From positions 11,630 to 75,629 of the forward strand of contig CACOIH010000002.1 of the NCBI GenBank assembly GCA_902627245.1: 64,000 nucleotides of DNA, written 5' to 3'. The notes below the pieces were generated by a model. It was not told where the DNA came from. It searched no databases and saw only the letters and a list, made by a program, of their open reading frames with translations. The DNA comes from an uncultured Alphaproteobacteria bacterium (GTDB lineage: Bacteria; Pseudomonadota; Alphaproteobacteria; HIMB59; GCA-002718135). The position numbers and the translations under genes were made by a program. Positions 48,119 to 57,787 of the stretch are shown piece by piece; positions within the stretch are counted from its first letter, which is position 1; each line of letters opens with the position of its first letter.

Positions 48119-48775
48119 TTATAAATTTATTTCTTTAATGCAGTTTTCATCATTGTTTTTTGGATTATTAACAATTTTAGATACTGGAAAATAATCAATA
48201 TCATCTTCCACGACACTTTTATTGTTTTCAAGAAATTTATTATCATTATCATTTATAAACTCTAAACCTTCATTGTGTGACATTATTAAAGGCATTCTAG
48301 AGTGAATTTCTGAAAGATTTTTATTTGCCTCTTTTGTAATTATACAGACAACATTTGTTTTGATATTATGTTTAATTTCTTGTCGCCATATTCCTCCAAA
48401 AAACATTAATTCATTCTTTGGAATTGAAATGAAATATGGTTGTTTAATATTATCAATTTTTTTCCATTCAAAATAACCGTTAGATATTATTAAACATTTT
48501 CTCCTAATAAATGAATCTTTAAATAAATATTTAGACTCTATAGTTTCAATTCTTGAATTAATTACAAATTGAGTAATATTAGTTTGTTTATTAAAATAGC
48601 TAAAACTCCAAAATAAATTGTCTATGTAAATATTATTATTTTTTTTATAGATTACATTAATTAAATTTGATGGGGAAATATTATATGATTTCTTTGAATA
48701 ATTTAATATACTTGAAGAAGGAAATAGTTTTAATATTTTTTCTTTTTTTTCAATGTTAACAAATCTACCGCACAC
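48119..48775 (-). CDS. SOS-response-associated peptidase (SRAP/YedK) abasic-site sensor
   Basis: 218 aa beginning MCGRF (Cys2 nucleophile). Confidence 0.85.
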   Translation of the reverse strand: MCGRFVNIEKKEKILKLFPSSSILNYSKKSYNISPSNLINVIYKKNNNIYIDNLFWSFSYFNKQTNITQFVINSRIETIESKYLFKDSFIRRKCLIISNGYFEWKKIDNIKQPYFISIPKNELMFFGGIWRQEIKHNIKTNVVCIITKEANKNLSEIHSRMPLIMSHNEGLEFINDNDNKFLENNKSVVEDDIDYFPVSKIVNNPKNNDENCIKEINL

Positions 48776-49233
48776 TAGGAAGCCTGTGAAAGCGGCATGG
48801 GTCTTGATACACCAACGGTCATCCAGCAGTCTTTAAATTCACCATTCTCACTGACTTTTTCAACAGTCCATTCAAAACCATATTTCTTTCCATTAACATC
48901 GGTTAATTCTACAAAGTAATAGGAAGTGGTTTCCTTTTCATCAACGGGTATTATTTTGTGATCTATATGATTAATCATCATTGAATATGATGGATTTTTT
49001 ATCATTCTAGTAAAATTATTTAGAGGTCCAGTAAATTTTCTATTTTTAGGATGTGCAAATTCCCAGGTTTGTTCTATTCCTGCGTCATCAAAAGGTGAGT
49101 TATTAATCTGAAGAGCTTTAAGTTGAATCAATATGACATCTTTTGCACTTATTGTTGGATCCGGTTTAATCATCTCAGCATTAATATTTAAAGAAAATAA
49201 GAGGAATAAAATAATATATAAAATTTTTTTCAT
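48775..49233 (-). CDS. Secreted DUF4864-like protein
   Basis: 152 aa with a signal peptide. IQLKALQ...TWEFAHPKNR..TGPL..F resembles DUF4864. Confidence 0.5.
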   Translation of the reverse strand: MKKILYIILFLLFSLNINAEMIKPDPTISAKDVILIQLKALQINNSPFDDAGIEQTWEFAHPKNRKFTGPLNNFTRMIKNPSYSMMINHIDHKIIPVDEKETTSYYFVELTDVNGKKYGFEWTVEKVSENGEFKDCWMTVGVSRPMPLSQAS

Positions 49234-49268
49234 TACTTTAAAATAGAGTAATTATATTATAAAACAAT

Positions 49269-49868
49269 ATGCATATTTACGATTTCATTCAGGGGCTAAT
49301 AATCGGATTTACCCTAATAATTGCTATTGGTCCTCAAAATTTATTTGTAATTAATCAGGGATTAAAGAAAACATTTGTACTTACTGTAGTTTTGTTTTGT
49401 AGCCTTTCTGACAGTATTTTAATAATAATTGGTATAAATATATCAAGTGTAATTGTAGGTATAAATCCAAATACAATTATTATTTTAAAAATTTTAGGAG
49501 GTATTTGGTTAGTATTTTATGGTTTAAATAAAATTAGATATGTTAATAAAATTAGAAATTTACAAAATATTGAAACAATTGAAAGTGATTTTAAGAAAAT
49601 CCTAATAACCTTATTTCTAATTACTTATGCTAATCCACATGTATATTTAGATACAATTATATTAATAGGTTCAATTTCTACAAATTTTAATAGTCAATTA
49701 TTCTTTGGAATGGGTGCAGTGATGGCAAGCTTTATATTTTTCTTTGCTTTAGGTTATTTGTCTAAACTTCTATCTAAATATATATATTCAAATAAAACCT
49801 GGTTTTGGATAGATCTAATTATAGGGTTTTTAATGATTTTATATGGAATTAAATTTATATTTTTTTAA
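49269..49868 (+). CDS. LysE/ArgO-family amino-acid exporter
   Basis: 199 aa with six TM helices and an N-terminal GPQNLFVINQG motif. Confidence 0.8.
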   Translation: MHIYDFIQGLIIGFTLIIAIGPQNLFVINQGLKKTFVLTVVLFCSLSDSILIIIGINISSVIVGINPNTIIILKILGGIWLVFYGLNKIRYVNKIRNLQNIETIESDFKKILITLFLITYANPHVYLDTIILIGSISTNFNSQLFFGMGAVMASFIFFFALGYLSKLLSKYIYSNKTWFWIDLIIGFLMILYGIKFIFF

Positions 49869-52800
49869 AAAAACTTTCTAAATTTTCACAAACATTATCA
49901 ACATTTTGCCTATTAAATATTAAAGGTGGCTTTATTTTTATAACATTATCATGAGGACCATCGGTACTTAATAAGATTCCATTATTTCTCATAAAATTTA
50001 TAATTTTTTTTGCTAATTGCTTATTTGGTTTTAGTTTATTTGAGTTTTTTATAATATCAATTCCTATAAATAATCCTCTACCTCTCACTTCGCTTATATA
50101 TTTTTTGTTTTTACGTTTGATTCTTTCCAGCTTATTTAAAAAATACTTACCCACACTTAATGCATTCTCCTGAAGTTTTTTATTTTCAATAACTTCCAAT
50201 ACTGATTTTCCTACAGCACAAGATACTGGATTACCTCCAAATGAATTAAAATACTCCATGCCATTATTAAATGATGCGGCAATTTTTTCTGTTGTTACTA
50301 CTGCACCAATAGGATGACCATTGCCCATAGGTTTACCTAATGTAACAATATCTGGTATAACTTGATGCTCCTGGAATGACCAAAAATTATTACCAACTCT
50401 TCCAAATCCAGTCTGTACTTCATCTACAATACATAAAGCTTTATTTTTTCTAACTTCTTTGAAAACTTCCTTTAAATAATTTTTTGGAAGTATGACCTGG
50501 CCTCCACATCCTAAAATACTCTCAGTAAATAAACATGATAATTTATTAATTTTAGATTGATGATTTATTTTTTCTTTTGCTTCATTAATATATTTCTTAA
50601 TCCAATCTTTATTTTTATACTGCCATTTGCCCCTCAAAGGATCAGGCATTTCTAAAACATGTACATATTTCTTTTTACCTAATCCACCGTTTCCATCAAA
50701 TTTGTAAGGACTAAGGTCTATTAAAGAATTTGTATGACCGTGATATGCATTATCAATTACAAATACATCTTTTGCTTTTGTGTATGTCTGAGCAATTCTA
50801 TACGCTAAATCATTAGCTTCAGATCCCGTACAAACAAAAAAAATTTTATTTAATTTTTTAGGAAATTTACTAAGCAGTTTGTCGCTATATTGATTAATCA
50901 TATCATATAAATATCTTGTATTTGTATTTAACTTTAAATTTTGATTAATCATGGCATTATGTACATGAGAGTTTGAATGGCCAACATGTGAGATATTATT
51001 CACACAATCTAAATATCGTCTTCCATAACGATCAAAAAAATATTGATCTTTTGCTTCAAGCATATGTAATGGACGATCATAAGAAATTGATAAATTGTGG
51101 GAAATATTTGTTTTTCTTTTATTTAAAATAGTTTTGAAATCTTGTTTATTACTAAAAAAAGAATTTGGTATTTTAAGAATTAAATTTGGATCCGGTGATA
51201 TTTTAGACCATACATCAATTAAGTATTCTTCCCCAACACCTGGAAAGTTTGTTTTTTCACCCAATAAATCTAAGATAATTTGAAAATGTAAATGGGGAAG
51301 CCAATTACCATTTTCTTTAGTTTGACCAATTTTCCCAATCCAATCACCTTTTTTAATTTTTTTACCTATTTTTAATTTTTTTAATATTTTTTTTGATAGA
51401 TGCCCATAAAGCGTATAAAATTTATTGTTTTGAAACTCATGTTCTAGAACAAGTGTTGGGCCATAATCATATTTAAAGGCATTATCTTTGAGGATCTTTA
51501 CCTTGCCATCAATAGGTGCAAATAAATCTGTACCATGTTTAATGAATATATCTATTCCTAAGTGAATATTACGTCTTTTAATGTTATTAAGTTCTGAAAT
51601 AAAATTAATACCTTTGTATACTTTTCTTTTTTCTTTATATAGTCCTATTCCAATATTTGAATTATCATTTTTGTATATTCTATTAACTCTAATATTGATT
51701 TCACTATTAGTTGGATTTCCTTTAAGTAAGTGCGATGTTGAATTTAATTTTAAAATAGATTTGTTTACATCAAGCAAATTAAAACTAAAAATATTCGCAA
51801 AATCATAATTTTTTAAAAAAGTAATAATTTTATTATAATTTTTAATAGTTGAATAACCACAAATATTTCTAATAATATAAATTAAAAACTGAGTAGGTAT
51901 TTTATCTAATTTTTCTAGTAGAGCCCATGCATCATTTTCACTAATACTTAAATATTTATTTTTTGGATATTTAATTCTTTGTTTCTTTGCCATTACAACT
52001 GTAATCATTAATCTAGATTTGCTTAAAGAGATCAAGGAATTAATTTCATCTTCGTTAATTGAAAATATTTTATGATATTCAGAAATTATATTTTGTAATG
52101 TTGAAAAAATATTATTATTATTCATTAATGCGTAAGACAAACAAATAGCTAAATCATTTATTGTAGGTGCATAAATAGAATCACCGTAATCTAAAAGACC
52201 ATTTATCTTATTATTTTTAACAACAAGATTATAATTATTAGGGTCTGAATGAGTAATCGAATATCTTAATTTTTTTAGATTATTTTTAACTAATTTTTCG
52301 TATTCTAAAAAACAATTAACTAAAATTAATTTTTTATTGCCAGTAAAATTATTTATTTCTTTATAAACCCAATCTATATTAGAGGGATCCCAAATAAATT
52401 TTCTATAAGCATCTTTATCAAAAAAAGATTTCAATTGAACTGAAGTCATACCAATTAAGCTGCCTAATGATTTTTCAATATTAGGATTAGTTTTTATATC
52501 TCCGTACATTCTTCCATCTATGTAAGATAATATTCTAACAAAACACTCTCTATTTTTTGTGTCTAAATATTTCACTATTTTTTTATGAAGAATTTTTGGG
52601 ATATATTCTTTAAGTTCTTTAGTAGTACTTAAATGTTTAATTAATCTATCTTGATATTGAAGAATATTTAAATTTTCATAAGGATTTGAGATTTTAAGTA
52701 CATATTTTTTTTTATCTTGTATGGATATTGTAAAATTTATGTCTCTTTCACTATTTAATTTGTTAAGGGTAAAGGATTTATTTCGTAAGAATGAATAATT

Positions 52801-52905
52801 AGTTTTTAGCCATTTAATTAAATGCTTTTTTTCAATTATAGGTGGCTCAACATCAAAAACTGACATAAAAGGTGTATAATTCATAATGACAAAATCTAAA
52901 AACAT
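49855..52905 (-). CDS. Tri-domain fusion: APH-type kinase + M23 peptidase domain + class-III aminotransferase (phospho-lyase-like)
   Basis: 1016 aa. Kinase catalytic loop [10 protein letters not shown] and LDYGDS at about aa 217-245. M23 HxxxD (HLGIDIF, aa 448) and HxH (HLHFQI, aa 538-540). C-terminal [23 protein letters not shown] and PLP-Lys [11 protein letters not shown]. Confidence 0.85.
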   Translation of the reverse strand: MFLDFVIMNYTPFMSVFDVEPPIIEKKHLIKWLKTNYSFLRNKSFTLNKLNSERDINFTISIQDKKKYVLKISNPYENLNILQYQDRLIKHLSTTKELKEYIPKILHKKIVKYLDTKNRECFVRILSYIDGRMYGDIKTNPNIEKSLGSLIGMTSVQLKSFFDKDAYRKFIWDPSNIDWVYKEINNFTGNKKLILVNCFLEYEKLVKNNLKKLRYSITHSDPNNYNLVVKNNKINGLLDYGDSIYAPTINDLAICLSYALMNNNNIFSTLQNIISEYHKIFSINEDEINSLISLSKSRLMITVVMAKKQRIKYPKNKYLSISENDAWALLEKLDKIPTQFLIYIIRNICGYSTIKNYNKIITFLKNYDFANIFSFNLLDVNKSILKLNSTSHLLKGNPTNSEINIRVNRIYKNDNSNIGIGLYKEKRKVYKGINFISELNNIKRRNIHLGIDIFIKHGTDLFAPIDGKVKILKDNAFKYDYGPTLVLEHEFQNNKFYTLYGHLSKKILKKLKIGKKIKKGDWIGKIGQTKENGNWLPHLHFQIILDLLGEKTNFPGVGEEYLIDVWSKISPDPNLILKIPNSFFSNKQDFKTILNKRKTNISHNLSISYDRPLHMLEAKDQYFFDRYGRRYLDCVNNISHVGHSNSHVHNAMINQNLKLNTNTRYLYDMINQYSDKLLSKFPKKLNKIFFVCTGSEANDLAYRIAQTYTKAKDVFVIDNAYHGHTNSLIDLSPYKFDGNGGLGKKKYVHVLEMPDPLRGKWQYKNKDWIKKYINEAKEKINHQSKINKLSCLFTESILGCGGQVILPKNYLKEVFKEVRKNKALCIVDEVQTGFGRVGNNFWSFQEHQVIPDIVTLGKPMGNGHPIGAVVTTEKIAASFNNGMEYFNSFGGNPVSCAVGKSVLEVIENKKLQENALSVGKYFLNKLERIKRKNKKYISEVRGRGLFIGIDIIKNSNKLKPNKQLAKKIINFMRNNGILLSTDGPHDNVIKIKPPLIFNRQNVDNVCENLESFFKKI

Positions 52906-53773
52906 TTTTGTTTGTATTGGGGCAATTCATCACGATTATTTATTAAATTTAAAAAATAACATTATAAATAAACGCACAAATCCAATAACTCACAATTACA
53001 GAATTGGAGGGGTTGCCTACAATGTTGCAGAGTTAATCTCGATTTTTGATAAAATTCAATTTTATAGTCTTTCAATTAATAAAGAATTACAAAACAAAAT
53101 TTCAAAAAATATATCTGTAAAAAAAATTAATAACGAAAAGTCAGAAAGATACTATGTAGCATTATCTGATAAAAATAATAAATTTATATTAGGTCTCGCA
53201 AATACAGATGTGTATGAAGATACAAAATTGTATAAAATTCCAGATATAGTTAATAAATATATTATATTTGATCTAAATTTTTCAGAGAATTTTATAAAAA
53301 ATGCAATTAATAAACTTTCAAATAGAAACAAAATTGTCGTATGCGCAACATCAGTTTACAAAATTATAAAAATAAAAAAAATAATTAATAAAATTGATAT
53401 AATTTTTCTTAATAAAGCTGAATTAATAAAATTAACAAATATTGATAATATAGAACAAGGAGTAAAAAAGATTTTAAAGATTAATAATAAAATAAAAATT
53501 GTAGCTACAAACTCTAAAAATAATGTAATTTATGGAGATAATAAATCAATTATAAAAATAAAGCCCCCTAAAATTAAAGTTAAAAATGAAAATGGTGCAG
53601 GTGATGCTTTAGCTGGTATGATGTTATATTTGTTATCTAAAGGATGTAATAAAGAGCAAATTTTAAAATATTCAGTAGCATGTGGATCTTATTATGCTAA
53701 TGGTAATAGATTAAGTTCAAAGAAAGATTTATTAAAAATAAAGAATATTTCTAGACGTGTAAAATTAAAGTAA
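52886..53773 (+). CDS. psuK: PfkB-family sugar/nucleoside kinase, probable pseudouridine kinase
   Basis: 295 aa with the PfkB C-terminal NGAGDALAG motif. It lies 1 nt upstream of psuG. Confidence 0.65.
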   Translation: MTKSKNIFVCIGAIHHDYLLNLKNNIINKRTNPITHNYRIGGVAYNVAELISIFDKIQFYSLSINKELQNKISKNISVKKINNEKSERYYVALSDKNNKFILGLANTDVYEDTKLYKIPDIVNKYIIFDLNFSENFIKNAINKLSNRNKIVVCATSVYKIIKIKKIINKIDIIFLNKAELIKLTNIDNIEQGVKKILKINNKIKIVATNSKNNVIYGDNKSIIKIKPPKIKVKNENGAGDALAGMMLYLLSKGCNKEQILKYSVACGSYYANGNRLSSKKDLLKIKNISRRVKLK

Positions 53774-53774
53774 A

Positions 53775-54684
53775 ATGGATAATTTTTTTAATATTAGTAA
53801 TGATGTTCAAAAGGCAATAGATTTAAACAAACCTATAGTTGCTTTAGAAAGTACTCTAATTAGTCATGGGCTACCTTATCCAGATAATATTAAAGTAGCA
53901 AAAGAATCAATAAATGCTGTAGAAGATAATGGTTCAGTTGCTGCAACAATAGGAATAATAAACGGTAAAGTTAAAATTGGATTAAATGAAGAGGACATAA
54001 ACATTCTTGCAAAAGATAATAATGTTCAAAAAGTATCAAATCATAATATAAAATTATCAATATTTAAAAAAGAAAATGCCGCAACAACTGTAGCAAGCAC
54101 GATATCTATAGCATCAATTTTTGGAATAAAATTTTTTGCTACAGGTGGAATTGGAGGTGTGCACTTAAATGCAGAAAATACATATGACGTATCAGCAGAT
54201 TTATATTCTTTATCCGAACATCCTAATTATGTAATTTGTAGTGGAGCTAAATCAATCTTAGACTTAAATAAAACTTATGAACTTTTAGAAACATTAGGAA
54301 TAACTAGAATTGGTTATAAAACTGATTATATGCCAGGTTTTTGGTATTCTGAAACTAAACATCAAGTTGATAAAAATTTTGAAGAAGTAACTGATATAAG
54401 TAATTTTTTGAAATTAAATTCAAAACTGAAACATAATAAATCAATACTAATTTTTAATAAAGTTCCTGAAATAAATGCTATTAGTAAAGAGCAAATTGAT
54501 AAATGGATAAGTAGTGCTTTAGTAAAAGCTGAAAAAAAATAAAATTTCTGGTAAGGCACTTACACCATTTCTAATAAAAGAAATAAATAATTTTTCTAAC
54601 AATAAAACTTTAAAAGCTAATGTTTCTTTAATTATAAATAATGCTGATTTAGCTGGAAAAATTGCTAAAAATTTTTATTCTTAA
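53775..54684 (+). pseudogene. psuG: Pseudouridine-5'-phosphate glycosidase, reading frame broken at an A8 tract (genuine frameshift or homopolymer sequencing error)
   Basis: The first 255 aa (ALESTLISHGLPYP...) stop at 54540-54542. The +1 frame continues KISGKALTPFLIKEINNFSNNKTLKANVSLIINNADLAGKIAKNFYS* to 54684, the conserved PsuG C-terminus. Reading the tract at 54532-54539 as A7 restores a single ORF of about 302 aa. Confidence 0.85.
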
Positions 54685-55625
54685 GGTAGAAAAGACAACT
54701 TATTTTTTAGTAATTCAAAAAATTTTTTGTCATCAGCATGATTCATAACCATGCAGTTTGGTTTTCTATTTGTGACACCAAGCCAATCAACAATGGTTTC
54801 TCCACGTGTCAATTTAGAGTTTTCTTCAACAATTACATTAACTAACTTACCTTTAAAAATGTTTGGATTTAATAAATAGGCAATTACACATGGGTCGTGA
54901 AGAGGAGTATCCTCAGTTTCATATAATTTTTTGTGAAAAATTGTATAAAATTCCATTAGTTCTCCAAAAAATTTAGAACTTTTATTATTATTTTCATTCA
55001 TAGAATTAATGATTATTGTATTTACATTAACCTGATGAGTAACATCTAAACCCATCATTGTTAGTGGAATACCTGAGTCTAGTACAATATTTGCAGCATG
55101 AGGATCTACATAAATATTAAATTCTGCAGAAGGAGTTGTATTTCCTAAACACATAGCTGCCCCACCCATAAAAACTATTTCTTTTATTTTGTTCTTGATC
55201 GATGGATCTTTTTGAAGACTTAAAGCAATATTGGTCAGGGGACCTGTAGGACACAAGTATATTTGATCAGTAGATGAATTACAAGTTTCTATTATAAAAT
55301 CTATCGCATTCTGCTCTTGTACATTATAATTAGGGTTAACTATTATAGGATCTCCTTTTTTATCTAACCCCGTTTTTCCATGAACATATTCAGCTGTAAA
55401 TAAATCATAATGGATTGGTTTATTCGCACCTGAATAAATTTTTAAATCAGTTCTTTCAATTAAAGTGCAAACTTTTAATGCATTATTTACTGTATTGTTT
55501 AATCCTGAATTTCCACCTACACAAGTTATGCCAAGAATATCAATTTCAGAAGAAGCTGCTGCTAACATTATAGCAACAGCATCATCATGACCTGGATCAC
55601 AATCTAAAATTATTTTTTTAGTCAT
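54681..55625 (-). CDS. Nucleoside hydrolase (inosine/uridine-preferring family)
   Basis: 314 aa with the N-terminal DCDPGHDDAVAI (DxDxxxDD) signature. Confidence 0.9.
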   Translation of the reverse strand: MTKKIILDCDPGHDDAVAIMLAAASSEIDILGITCVGGNSGLNNTVNNALKVCTLIERTDLKIYSGANKPIHYDLFTAEYVHGKTGLDKKGDPIIVNPNYNVQEQNAIDFIIETCNSSTDQIYLCPTGPLTNIALSLQKDPSIKNKIKEIVFMGGAAMCLGNTTPSAEFNIYVDPHAANIVLDSGIPLTMMGLDVTHQVNVNTIIINSMNENNNKSSKFFGELMEFYTIFHKKLYETEDTPLHDPCVIAYLLNPNIFKGKLVNVIVEENSKLTRGETIVDWLGVTNRKPNCMVMNHADDKKFFELLKNKLSFLP

Positions 55626-56481
55626 TTATAAAACTTTTGAGAGGTAGATTAGGTCTTTGCAGCCAATTCCAATTAGGATAGTCATTTTTTTGATCAATTA
55701 CATGAATTGTATAAGCATGCCTTGAATTTGGGCTAGTATTTTCACAAGAATAATGAGGAAGTCTTCCGTGTAATAATACTAAAGATCCTTTTTTTACCTC
55801 AACAAATGTATCTGTTTCTGGAAATTCTTCTTTGTTAATATCTAGCATCTTCATTTTACCATCAATTTTTTTAAATAATTTTCTTAGTGGACCTCTATGA
55901 CCACCACTTGCTACTTGCAGACAACCATTACTTTTATTTGCATCTTCTAAAGCAAACCAAAATCCTACGGTACTCTCAGGTTCGGTATAGAGGAATGTAG
56001 AGTCTTGATGACAAACCACCTCCCCTCCTATCTTTGGTTGTTTAAAAATATACATAGACTGAAGTAATTTTGGTTTTTGAAAGCCAATTTTTAGAGCTAT
56101 ATCTTGAAGCTCTTTTTTATGAGAGAATTCATGAAATACTTCATCTAAATCATGTAAGGCATGGCCAATTTTATTAACAATAAAATGTTTATTTTTGTCG
56201 ATATTGTTCTTTTCTAAATCTGCTTTTTCTTCGAAAAAAAATCTAATCTTATCACCAGAGTCCAGAAAATATCTGTCATCATTATGCGATTGATTAATTG
56301 TATCAAAAATAGACTTTTGACTATTTAAGTTATTGTTATCAATTAAGAAACTTGATCTTTCAATTATTTTGTCACATTCTTCAGCACTATTAAAATCCTC
56401 AATTACAAGGTATCCATTGTCATTCCAAAAATTAATCATTTCTATATTCATTGGTAAATCAGTTTTATTAAAATAATTCAT
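55618..56481 (-). CDS. Phytanoyl-CoA dioxygenase (PhyH)-family Fe(II)/2-oxoglutarate oxygenase
   Basis: 287 aa with an HxD motif (CHQDSTF) and distal His (LHGRLPHYS). It overlaps the nucleoside hydrolase gene by 8 nt. Confidence 0.8.
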   Translation of the reverse strand: MNYFNKTDLPMNIEMINFWNDNGYLVIEDFNSAEECDKIIERSSFLIDNNNLNSQKSIFDTINQSHNDDRYFLDSGDKIRFFFEEKADLEKNNIDKNKHFIVNKIGHALHDLDEVFHEFSHKKELQDIALKIGFQKPKLLQSMYIFKQPKIGGEVVCHQDSTFLYTEPESTVGFWFALEDANKSNGCLQVASGGHRGPLRKLFKKIDGKMKMLDINKEEFPETDTFVEVKKGSLVLLHGRLPHYSCENTSPNSRHAYTIHVIDQKNDYPNWNWLQRPNLPLKSFIND

Positions 56482-56714
56482 TAAATTCCTATTAGTTTAG
56501 TTAAAAAGGGTAATCCAACTTTAATTAAATTTAAAAGCTGCGGTATTAAAAATTTACCAGAGGTAGCAAGGAAAAATAGTAAACCGGCTACGATAACTAT
56601 CAAAATTAGGTTTCTATATAATTTAGAGCTTCCAAATGAGCTAGATTTAGCTCTAGATCTTAAAATAAATAAAATCATTACAATTACAGCTAAAACAATT
56701 AATAAACGGATCAT
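56481..56714 (-). CDS. Hypothetical small membrane protein (2-3 TM)
   Basis: 77 aa and hydrophobic. Its stop overlaps the start of the PhyH gene by 1 nt. Confidence 0.5.
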   Translation of the reverse strand: MIRLLIVLAVIVMILFILRSRAKSSSFGSSKLYRNLILIVIVAGLLFFLATSGKFLIPQLLNLIKVGLPFLTKLIGI

Positions 56715-57019
56715 ATCTTTTTCTATATTTAGATAATAAAATTTGCAATCTTAAATATTTATAAATAAATATTTAATCTTAATTAATGTGATTATGTTAA
56801 TCATATTAGATTTAACAAAATTTTCATTAATTTATGAATTGTATTGTCTTTTCATGTATTTAAATTTGTGAATACAATAACAAGTGATGTAATAAATAAT
56901 ACTTCATTTAGAAACATATAGGTTTCTATTATTTGAATATTATTTAAAGGATTGTTGGATAAATATATTAATTTTGAAAAAAAAGATCATATTATCAAGT
57001 ATAATAAGATTATTAAAAA

Positions 57020-57781
57020 TTATTTTATAACGCTATAACCTTTAAGATATACATAAGCTGTAATTATAAAAGATAAAAAAATAAAAGATAAAATGTAAAT
57101 ATTTTGTTCTAATTGAAAAATAAATTCATCATCAAAACAGCTTCGAAAATATTTAACAACATAGTAATATGGATTATAATACAAAATAAATTTAACATTT
57201 TCAGGTAAATATGACATTGAAAAAAATGTACCTGATAAAAAATTTAAAGGTGTAACAAAAAAGTTTGAAAAAGTACTTTGCGTATCCCATGTATTAAATA
57301 AAATACCTACACAACAACCTAAACATCCAAAAAATAATACAACTATGATTAAATAATAACAAAAAAATAAAAAATTAAATATTTGAATATCAATTAAAAA
57401 TGAGAAAATAATTAAATTGCATATTGCTATTATAAAACCAATAATAATTGAACTTATCAATAATGAAATTAATATTTCAATTCTTGAAATTGGGGCAAGC
57501 AACCAATCATCTAATGAACCAATCTGTTTCATATTAACAAGTGTAACCGATGTATTGTCATAACTTTCTTGAGCTACAATCATTAAAATTAAACCTGGAG
57601 CTATAAATTGAACAAAAGAAATTGAATCTATAGATAAAGAATAATAACTTTCTATTGTTATAAAGACTAAAATAAAGAGTAAATTAGTTGTTAATGGAGC
57701 CAACAAAGAATATTGATATTCAGAAAAAAATTCTTTTAATCTGAATGCAATTATTGAATAAATTGCACTATAGCTAATCAT
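57020..57781 (-). CDS. ABC-2-type transporter permease (no adjacent ATPase)
   Basis: 253 aa with six TM helices in a YadH-like ABC-2 layout. Confidence 0.7.
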   Translation of the reverse strand: MISYSAIYSIIAFRLKEFFSEYQYSLLAPLTTNLLFILVFITIESYYSLSIDSISFVQFIAPGLILMIVAQESYDNTSVTLVNMKQIGSLDDWLLAPISRIEILISLLISSIIIGFIIAICNLIIFSFLIDIQIFNFLFFCYYLIIVVLFFGCLGCCVGILFNTWDTQSTFSNFFVTPLNFLSGTFFSMSYLPENVKFILYYNPYYYVVKYFRSCFDDEFIFQLEQNIYILSFIFLSFIITAYVYLKGYSVIK

Positions 57782-57787
57782 TTAGAA

